This document shows, piece by piece, positions 25,409-32,000 of a stretch of 32,000 bases of DNA (position 1 is the first letter of the stretch; each line of letters starts with the position of its first letter). Made by a program: the position numbers and the translations under genes. The notes below the pieces were generated by a model. That model saw only the letters and a list, made by a program, of their open reading frames with translations. It was not told the DNA's origin and made no database searches. Source of the stretch: Schaalia odontolytica (lineage in GTDB: Bacteria > Actinomycetota > Actinomycetes > Actinomycetales > Actinomycetaceae); the NCBI RefSeq assembly GCF_005696695.1, contig NZ_CP040006.1, positions 1,050,001 through 1,082,000 on the forward strand, written 5' to 3'.

Positions 25409-26685
25409 GTCAATCGACGAAGGGGCCCCGCGGGGCGCAGGCACGTACGCCGAACACCCTGGGGGTGTCGGATCTTCAGCGTCGCAGCCCGCGTCGTGAG
25501 GTTCGTCCGACCGATCAACCGCCGGAAGGGGCGACGCATAAGGACGCTAAGCCCGTCCTGTCGTTCACCGCGAAGCGGCGCGGAAAGGCCCCGTCGCATC
25601 TCGCTGATCTGGATGCAGCGTCCCGTAAGCAGGTGCTCAAAGACCTGGGATTGCCCGCTTTTCGCGCCGATCAGCTGTCGCGCCATTACTTCACGCATTT
25701 TGAGGCCGATCCTGCGAACATGAGCGATATCCCGGCCGGGATGCGCGACGCGGTCTCGGACGCCCTGTTGCCCAAGCTCGTGACGAAGGTTGTGTCACTG
25801 GAAGCTGACGGCGGGCGCACCATCAAGGATTTGTGGCGCCTGTACGACGGCGCGCAGGTCGAGTCTGTTCTCATGCGCTACACCCAGCGAACGACGCTGT
25901 GCGTCTCGTCGCAGGCGGGCTGCGGCATGGCCTGTCCGTTCTGTGCGACGGGTCAGATGGGCCTGACGCGCAATCTTTCGACGGCGGAGATTGTCGATCA
26001 GGTTCGCGAGGCCCATGCGTCGTGCCGTGACGGAAAGCTCGCGGGTGGGCCGACGAAGCTCTCGAACGTTGTCTTCATGGGCATGGGCGAGCCTCTCGCG
26101 AACTACAAGACGGTTGTCGCCGCGCTCCACCGTTTGATCGATCCGGCGCCGGAAGGCTTCGGTATGAGTGCCCGCAACATCACCGTGTCCACGGTAGGCC
26201 TCGTTCCCGCGATCAAGAAACTGGCGGGGGAAGGAATGCCGGTGACGCTCGCGGTTTCGCTCCATGCGCCCGACGACGATCTTCGTGACGAGCTGATTCC
26301 GATCAACTCGCGGTGGAAGGTCGGCGAGCTGCTCGATGCGGCGCGCGGGTACTTCCTCGCGACGGGTCGGCGCGTGTCGATCGAGTACGCGCTCATCAAG
26401 GACATGAACGATCAGGAATGGCGCGCGCAGCTGCTGGCCGATGAGCTCAATAAGCGCGGCCACGGCTGGGTGCATGTGAACCCCATTCCCCTGAATCCGA
26501 CGCCCGGGTCTATCTGGACGGCATCGACGCGCTCTGCTCAGGAGGCGTTCGTCAAGCGTCTGCAGGACAACGGCATCGCGACGTCGATCCGCGATACGCG
26601 CGGCTCGGACATTGACGGTGCGTGTGGGCAGCTGGCGACGGCGGTTGCTGACGGTAAGCGCCCGGTCGGGGAGGTGCGCGCGTGA
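25405..26685 (+). CDS. rlmN: 23S rRNA/tRNA (adenine-C2)-methyltransferase RlmN (radical SAM)
   Basis: [18 protein letters not shown] (CxxxCxxC), [15 protein letters not shown]. The start is uncertain. TTG 25405 gives a ~50-aa basic N-terminal extension before the conserved HLADLD...GLPAFRADQ region. Confidence 0.88.
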   Translation: MSQSTKGPRGAQARTPNTLGVSDLQRRSPRREVRPTDQPPEGATHKDAKPVLSFTAKRRGKAPSHLADLDAASRKQVLKDLGLPAFRADQLSRHYFTHFEADPANMSDIPAGMRDAVSDALLPKLVTKVVSLEADGGRTIKDLWRLYDGAQVESVLMRYTQRTTLCVSSQAGCGMACPFCATGQMGLTRNLSTAEIVDQVREAHASCRDGKLAGGPTKLSNVVFMGMGEPLANYKTVVAALHRLIDPAPEGFGMSARNITVSTVGLVPAIKKLAGEGMPVTLAVSLHAPDDDLRDELIPINSRWKVGELLDAARGYFLATGRRVSIEYALIKDMNDQEWRAQLLADELNKRGHGWVHVNPIPLNPTPGSIWTASTRSAQEAFVKRLQDNGIATSIRDTRGSDIDGACGQLATAVADGKRPVGEVRA

Positions 26686-27086
26686 TCCGGACAGATTTTT
26701 CCCGTAGTTTCCTGCGCATGGGCTACGACGTGAGCGAGGTCCTAACTTTTCTCGCGGACGTCGAACGCACACTGACTGGCGAGGAGACGGATCCTGAGCG
26801 AGTCGTCACGGCTCAGAAGGCTCTGGATGTGGAGTTTTCTACGAAATTGCGCGGCTTCAATGACGAGGAGGTCGACGCAGAGATCGACCGTCTCATTGAG
26901 ATGCTGCGTCACGCCGAGCGCAGGCGAGTGACGCGCCGTGAGAACAGTGTGGGCAGTGACGTTCACGCTGCGACGCCGCCAGCTGCGGAGTCGACTACCG
27001 TTTCCTCTGAGTATGCTGATTTCGGCACGCCTGAGGCCGTCGAAAAGATTCTTCGTTCCATGACACAGGAAAAGGAGCAGTCATGA
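26682..27086 (+). CDS. DivIVA-domain-containing protein (single module, no long coiled coil)
   Basis: GTGA overlap with the rlmN stop. [22 protein letters not shown] and [20 protein letters not shown] match the F-x-x-x-GY-x3-EVD-x-FL pattern of the DivIVA N-terminal domain. Confidence 0.7.
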   Translation: MIRTDFSRSFLRMGYDVSEVLTFLADVERTLTGEETDPERVVTAQKALDVEFSTKLRGFNDEEVDAEIDRLIEMLRHAERRRVTRRENSVGSDVHAATPPAAESTTVSSEYADFGTPEAVEKILRSMTQEKEQS

Positions 27087-27631
27087 CTGAGTTTCCTAGG
27101 GTTGGTCTCTTCTCGAAGGGCTACGACTGCGCACAGGTCGATGCGTTCTTTGAAGACGCTCGCCGCGCCTACGAGGGCGGTGTTCCCCCGGAGCAGTTCA
27201 GCTCCGAGCAGGTGCGCCTGGCCACTTTCGAGCTGAAGAATCGCGGCTACAACATCGATGCCGTGGACGGCGCGATGAACCGCCTGGAGGCGGCTTTCGT
27301 GAACCGTGATCGCGCGGATTCCGTCGCAGCCGAGGGTGAGGCAGCGTGGTACGACAGGGTTGCTGACCGTGCGACGACTCTCTACCCGCGTCTGCAGCGC
27401 CCTCGCGGCGAGCGCTTCGCACACCCGACCTCGGGACGTGGCTACTCCTGCGAGGAAGTCGACGATCTGCTGGATCGTATTGCAGCGTACTTCGACGAGG
27501 CCGGGGAGCTGACCGCTGACGAGATTCGTCTGTCGACCTTCCGCCCCAAGCGCGGCAAGAAGGCCTACATGGAGGGCCCCGTGGACGCCTACCTCGGGCG
27601 CGCCGTTGAAATTCTGCTTGCGGTTGACTGA
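27083..27631 (+). CDS. DivIVA-domain repeat protein (two modules)
   Basis: ATGA overlap with the previous ORF. Module 1: FSKGYDCAQVDAFFEDARRAY...KNRGYNIDAVDGAMNRLEAAF. Module 2: GRGYSCEEVDDLLDRIAAYF...KKAYMEGPVDAYLGRAVEIL. Confidence 0.75.
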   Translation: MTEFPRVGLFSKGYDCAQVDAFFEDARRAYEGGVPPEQFSSEQVRLATFELKNRGYNIDAVDGAMNRLEAAFVNRDRADSVAAEGEAAWYDRVADRATTLYPRLQRPRGERFAHPTSGRGYSCEEVDDLLDRIAAYFDEAGELTADEIRLSTFRPKRGKKAYMEGPVDAYLGRAVEILLAVD

Positions 27632-28902
27632 TGCCCGTGTCGGTGGAAGAACACACGTCCACTATCCCCGTCGTCCTGCTTGGCTCGACGGGATCGATCG
27701 GTACCCAGGCGCGTGAGGTCATTGAGGCGAACCGCGGGCGTTTCGACGTCCTTGGCCTCAGCGCCGGCGGTGCGTCGATCACCGAGCTTGCCGAGCAGAT
27801 CGTCGCGTTGAGTCCCGCGTACGTGGGCGTGGCTCGCGACGTTCGCGAGGAACTGTCGGCTGCTGTGGAGTCGATGGGTGGCACGTGCCCGGAGCTTTTC
27901 GTCGGCGAGAACGCGTCCGTGGAGGTTGTGTGCGCGTCCGTTGAACGTGCGGTGCAGCTGTACCCGCGAGCGACGCCGGTGGTACTCAACGGCATTACGG
28001 GTGGCGTGGGCCTGTCGTCGACGCTTGCGGCTCTCAAGTGCGGTGCGCGCCTTGCGCTGGCGAACAAGGAGTCGCTGGTCGTCGGCGGTGCGCTCGTGAA
28101 GAACGCGATGCGTTTCCCGGGGCAGATCGTCCCGGTTGACTCCGAGCACTCTGCGATCGCCCAGGCGTTGGCTTCGGGCGTGCATGAACGTGGCCTGACC
28201 TCTCCGGTGGTTTCCGGCCGCTCCGAGGTCGCGGACCTGGTTCTCACCGCTTCGGGTGGTCCGTTCCGCGGGCGCAGGCGCGATCAGCTGCGCGGCGTGC
28301 GCGCCGAGCAGGCGTTGGCGCATCCGACGTGGCAGATGGGGCCCGTCGTCACGATCAACTCGTCGACCTTGATCAACAAGGGCCTGGAGCTCATTGAGGC
28401 TCACCTGCTGTTCGACGTCGCGCCCGAGCACATCATCGCGACCGTTCACCCGCAGTCCATCGTGCATTCGATGGTGACGTGGTGTGATGGCGCGACGACG
28501 CTCCAGGCCTCGCCTCCGGATATGCGTCTGCCGATTGCGCTTGGGCTTACCTGGCCCGAGCGACTTGCGGATGTCGAGAAGCCCCTGACATGGGCGTCCG
28601 CGTCTGAATGGACGTTTGAGCCGGTGGATAACGAGACGTTCCCCGCGATCAACCTCGCTCGCTTCGCGGTCGCGGCCTCTGCGACGCATCCCGCGGTGCT
28701 CAACGCCGCGAACGAGGTGCTGGTTGACGCGTTTATCGCGGGGGAGGTGCCGTGGCTTGCGATCGTGGACACGGTGTCGAGCGTCGTGCATGAGCACGAG
28801 GGCGTCGCTGACCCCTCGTTGGAAGACATTGTGGCCGCACAGCGCTGGGCTGACCAGCGTGCGCGCGAACTCGTTCGCGCCGGCCAGTGGAAGGATATGT
28901 GA
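27631..28902 (+). CDS. dxr: 1-deoxy-D-xylulose 5-phosphate reductoisomerase
   Basis: TGATG overlap with the upstream ORF. VLLGSTGSIGTQA (NADPH site), LANKESLV, VDSEHSAI, INKGLELIEA. Confidence 0.95.
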   Translation: MPVSVEEHTSTIPVVLLGSTGSIGTQAREVIEANRGRFDVLGLSAGGASITELAEQIVALSPAYVGVARDVREELSAAVESMGGTCPELFVGENASVEVVCASVERAVQLYPRATPVVLNGITGGVGLSSTLAALKCGARLALANKESLVVGGALVKNAMRFPGQIVPVDSEHSAIAQALASGVHERGLTSPVVSGRSEVADLVLTASGGPFRGRRRDQLRGVRAEQALAHPTWQMGPVVTINSSTLINKGLELIEAHLLFDVAPEHIIATVHPQSIVHSMVTWCDGATTLQASPPDMRLPIALGLTWPERLADVEKPLTWASASEWTFEPVDNETFPAINLARFAVAASATHPAVLNAANEVLVDAFIAGEVPWLAIVDTVSSVVHEHEGVADPSLEDIVAAQRWADQRARELVRAGQWKDM

Positions 28903-30146
28903 GCGTGGGCTCAATCGTCGGTATCGTCGTTGTCGTTATCGGAATCTTGGCGTCGGTCGCCCTGCATGAGGTGGGGCATATGCTCCCCGCGAAGAAGTTC
29001 GGGGTGCTCGTCCCCGATTACGCGGTGGGTTTTGGTCCGGCGCTGTGGAAGAAGAAGATCGGCGACACGACGTACGCGCTGCGCGCGATTTTGTTGGGTG
29101 GCTACGTCAAGATCGTCGGCATGTACGCGCCGGCGCGTCCGGGCACTCGGCTCGTGGGTCGCGGCGGTAAGCCGACGCTCGCGCAGGAGGCCCGTGAGGC
29201 CTCGGCCGAGGAGATCCCCGAGGGCCAGGAACACCGTGCCTTCTACCGTCTGAGCGCCCCGAAGAAGATCGCGGTCATGCTCGGCGGTCCGCTCATGAAT
29301 CTGCTGATTTGCATCGTCCTGTCGGCAGTGACGATGATCGGCATCGGCGCTCCCACGGCCTCGCGCACGATTGCGGACGTCCCGGCCACGATCATGAGCG
29401 CTTCCGGTGAAGTCGCTTCTCCCGCGTACGAGGCAGGGGTCCGCCCCGGGGACACGGTCGTCGCGTGGAACGGGCAGCCGGTTGCCACCTTCGCGGAGCT
29501 GCAGCGCGCGGTTGGGGCCACCCAGGAGGGTGAGTCTGCCGTGCTGACGGTGGAGCGCGACGGCACCACGGTTGACCTCACGGTCTCTCCAGTGACGGGC
29601 GCTCAGGGGGCGCGCTTGGTGGGCGTGACGGCTGGATACGAGTACGTGTCGGCGTCGCCCGCCGATGTGGCGGCGGCGAACTGGCAGATGTTTACCGGGA
29701 CGACGGCGGTCGTCACCCGGCTGCCCCAGGCCGTGTGGCAGGTCGGCCGCTCCGTGTTCACTGACGAAAAGCGCGACTCCTCGGGTGTCGTGTCCGTCGT
29801 GGGCGTGGGGCGCCTGGCCGGTGAGGTGACGGGTGATTCGCAGGCGCTGGGTCTGCGCGACACTCGTCAGGTTGTCGCCGTGCTGCTGAGCCTCTTGGCG
29901 TCGCTCAACATGGCCCTTTTCGTCTTTAACCTGATCCCGTTGCCGCCGCTGGACGGTGGGCACATTCTCGGGGCGATCTACGAGGGCATGCGCCGAACGG
30001 TGGCCCGCGTGCGTGGGGCGGAGGATCCCGGCCCGGCGGACACGGCTCGCCTCGTTCCCGTTACCTGGGTTGTTGGCGGCCTGCTCGTCGCGATGAGCGT
30101 CATTTTGATCGTTGCAGACATCGTGAAGCCTGTGTCGCTCGGCTGA
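28899..30146 (+). CDS. M50-family site-2 (RIP) zinc metalloprotease with a PDZ domain (Rip1/RseP-like)
   Basis: HEVGHM (HExxH) in TM1, a PDZ-like middle region, and [15 protein letters not shown] 28899 forms a GTGA overlap with the dxr stop. GTG 28887 and GTG 28905 are alternative starts. Confidence 0.9.
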   Translation: MSVGSIVGIVVVVIGILASVALHEVGHMLPAKKFGVLVPDYAVGFGPALWKKKIGDTTYALRAILLGGYVKIVGMYAPARPGTRLVGRGGKPTLAQEAREASAEEIPEGQEHRAFYRLSAPKKIAVMLGGPLMNLLICIVLSAVTMIGIGAPTASRTIADVPATIMSASGEVASPAYEAGVRPGDTVVAWNGQPVATFAELQRAVGATQEGESAVLTVERDGTTVDLTVSPVTGAQGARLVGVTAGYEYVSASPADVAAANWQMFTGTTAVVTRLPQAVWQVGRSVFTDEKRDSSGVVSVVGVGRLAGEVTGDSQALGLRDTRQVVAVLLSLLASLNMALFVFNLIPLPPLDGGHILGAIYEGMRRTVARVRGAEDPGPADTARLVPVTWVVGGLLVAMSVILIVADIVKPVSLG

Positions 30147-30225
30147 GATCCGGCACGACACACACATCTGCCCGAAAAGCGACTCTGACCACGCGTTCGT
30201 GGTCCGTGTGGGAAGGAAGGCCACT

Positions 30226-31431
30226 GTGCGCGATAATGACACGGTGAGTGAAATCAATCTTGGTATGCCCGAAGCCGCGGCGTCGCCGTTCCCGCGCAAG
30301 CAGACGCGTCGCATCATGGTGGGCGACGTTCCCGTGGGCGGTGGCGCGCGGGTCTCCGTCCAGTCCATGACGACGACGAAGACGCACGACATCGGTGCGA
30401 CCCTCCAGCAGATCGCCGAGCTGACGGCCGCGGGCTGCGACATCGTTCGTGTCGCCTGCCCGACGGATAAGGACGCGGACGCGCTGCCGATCATCGCGAA
30501 GCAGTCGCGTATCCCGGTGATCGCTGACATTCACTTCAAGCCGAAGTACGTGTTCCAGGCGATCGAGGCCGGCTGTGGTGCCGTGCGCGTGAACCCGGGC
30601 AATATCCGCAAGTTCGATGACCAGGTGAAGGACATCTGCAAGGCCGCGTCCGATCACGGCGTGTCGCTGCGTATCGGCGTGAACGCAGGATCGCTCGATC
30701 CTCGACTCCTCAAGAAGTATGGCCGTGCCACGCCCGAGGCCCTCGTCGAGTCCGCGATCTGGGAAGCCTCCCTGTTCGAGGAGAACGACTTCCACGACTT
30801 CAAGATCTCGGTCAAGCACCACGACGTGCTCACCATGATCCAGGCCTACCGCATGCTGTCCGAGGCGGGGGACTGGCCCCTGCACCTGGGCGTCACCGAG
30901 GCGGGCCCCGCCTTCCAGGGCACGATTAAATCCGTGTCCGCTTTCTCGGTGCTTCTTGCCGAGGGCATTGGTGACACGATCCGTGTCTCCCTGTCCGCTC
31001 CTCCCGTTGAGGAGATCAAGGTGGGCACGAAGATGCTGGAATTCATGGGTCTGCGCGAGAAGACTCTCGAGATCGTCTCGTGCCCGTCGTGCGGCCGCGC
31101 CCAGGTGGACGTATGGACGCTCGCCGAGGACGTCACCGAGGGCCTGAAGGACCTGACGGTCCCGCTGCGCGTGGCCGTGATGGGCTGCGTCGTCAACGGC
31201 CCGGGCGAGGCTCGCGAGGCCGACCTGGGTGTCGCCTCCGGCAACGGCAAGGGCCAGATCTTCATTCGCGGCGAGGTCGTCGAGACCGTTCCCGAGGACC
31301 AGATCGTCGAGACCCTGATCCGGCGCGCGAACGCCCTCGCCGAGGAGCTGGGCCTGGAGCCCGGTTCCGGCAGCGTCGAGGTTGCCCCGATCACCGCCCC
31401 GGATGTCAAGCTCCCGGGCATCGACTTCTGA
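30226..31431 (+). CDS. ispG: 4-hydroxy-3-methylbut-2-en-1-yl diphosphate synthase (flavodoxin)
   Basis: GGAAGGAAGG RBS 5 nt before GTG 30226. [31 protein letters not shown]. Alternative starts at 30199, 30244 and 30265. Confidence 0.93.
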   Translation: MRDNDTVSEINLGMPEAAASPFPRKQTRRIMVGDVPVGGGARVSVQSMTTTKTHDIGATLQQIAELTAAGCDIVRVACPTDKDADALPIIAKQSRIPVIADIHFKPKYVFQAIEAGCGAVRVNPGNIRKFDDQVKDICKAASDHGVSLRIGVNAGSLDPRLLKKYGRATPEALVESAIWEASLFEENDFHDFKISVKHHDVLTMIQAYRMLSEAGDWPLHLGVTEAGPAFQGTIKSVSAFSVLLAEGIGDTIRVSLSAPPVEEIKVGTKMLEFMGLREKTLEIVSCPSCGRAQVDVWTLAEDVTEGLKDLTVPLRVAVMGCVVNGPGEAREADLGVASGNGKGQIFIRGEVVETVPEDQIVETLIRRANALAEELGLEPGSGSVEVAPITAPDVKLPGIDF

Positions 31432-31452
31432 GTTGTTGATAAGGACTATCGC

Positions 31453-31956
31453 ATGCGTATTCGCACTCTTGCCGCTCTGTCCCTCGTCGCCGGCGCATGC
31501 GCCGTTGCGGCTACCGGCTTTCCTCGTCGCATCGGCCTGACGGCCTCGCAGGCGGACGTGTCGCTGCCGGGAGATCTCATCCTGCCCGGCGCGAACGTCG
31601 TGGTAGATCGCGGTATCGCGATCGACGCGCCCGCGTCCGTCGTGTGGGATGTCCTCGGCCACGTGTTCGAGCCGGAGGATGAGTCGACGATCATTGATAT
31701 TGAGGACGAGGACCATATCCTTATGCGCGTTGCGCCGCCGGCTGCCCCGGAAGGCGCCGATGCCTCGGGAACCTGTGTCATCGCTCTGCTGCCGCTGTCT
31801 CCCTCGCGCACGCTCCTGCACATCCGTGAACGTCACGAGGCGCAGGGACGCGACCGCGTGCTCGCGTGGGCCGGTGTCGCGGCCGAGTCGCTGTCCTCGC
31901 TGTCGATGCTGCGCGATCTGCGCGATGCATGCGTCGGCGGGCTCATTGATGCCTGA
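31453..31956 (+). CDS. Hypothetical protein with N-terminal signal-like segment (possibly SRPBCC-fold; weak)
   Basis: AAGGA RBS. MRIRTLAALSLVAGACAVAA is hydrophobic. IAIDAPASVVWDVLG resembles the first strand-helix of SRPBCC/polyketide-cyclase-like proteins. The family call is tentative. Confidence 0.5.
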   Translation: MRIRTLAALSLVAGACAVAATGFPRRIGLTASQADVSLPGDLILPGANVVVDRGIAIDAPASVVWDVLGHVFEPEDESTIIDIEDEDHILMRVAPPAAPEGADASGTCVIALLPLSPSRTLLHIRERHEAQGRDRVLAWAGVAAESLSSLSMLRDLRDACVGGLIDA

Positions 31957-32000
31957 TTAGTCTCGTTCCCGCCGTTTCGGTTGGACATTACTCCCCGTTG

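Noticed and set aside
27589-31836. Minus-strand ORFs of 441 aa, 539 aa and 578 aa opposite dxr, the M50 protease and ispG
   Set aside because: The reason is the same. The + strand genes carry canonical catalytic motifs, and the antisense products are Arg/His/Asp-rich with no motifs.
1-32000. Search for mobile elements, CRISPR arrays, toxin-antitoxin pairs, restriction-modification or other defence systems, and compositional islands
   Set aside because: I saw no transposase, integrase (other than the housekeeping xerC) or phage genes, no spaced direct-repeat arrays and no AT-rich island. Gene content and order are those of a conserved core region.

Overview
High-GC (about two-thirds G+C by eye) actinobacterial chromosome segment. 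It is a conserved housekeeping backbone, not an accessory island. I support 34 protein-coding genes, 31 of them on the + strand. There are four blocks. (1) aroG (5'-truncated), a PASTA Ser/Thr kinase, an Rv2175c-like HTH protein and a polyprenyl synthase. (2) The principal sigma factor and a small membrane protein. (3) ftsY-ffh-amidohydrolase, rpsP-KH-rimM-trmD, rplS, lepB-rnhB, DUF2469, yraN-comM(yifB)-dprA-xerC, an M23 peptidase, rpsB-tsf, and pyrH-frr-cdsA-rlmN. (4) Two DivIVA-domain ORFs, dxr, an M50 site-2 protease, ispG and a small hypothetical. Gene order closely mirrors Mycobacterium tuberculosis Rv2173-Rv2178c and Rv2868c-Rv2921c, which suggests an Actinomycetales-type genome, possibly Actinomycetaceae; I cannot name the species. 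I found no rRNA, tRNA, CRISPR, IS/transposon, prophage or recognisable defence genes, and no convincing novel multi-gene system. Three observations deserve follow-up. (a) TrmD is fused in one ORF to a C-terminal GNAT acetyltransferase domain. (b) A two-box element (perfect DnaA-box TTATCCACAGG, 20 nt, then TATCCACA) occurs twice with identical spacing, upstream of yraN-comM-dprA-xerC and upstream of the M23 peptidase. These are the only exact TATCCACA copies I could find in the window. (c) Two adjacent DivIVA-domain ORFs are translationally coupled between rlmN and dxr. Most long minus-strand ORFs in the track are high-GC shadow ORFs.
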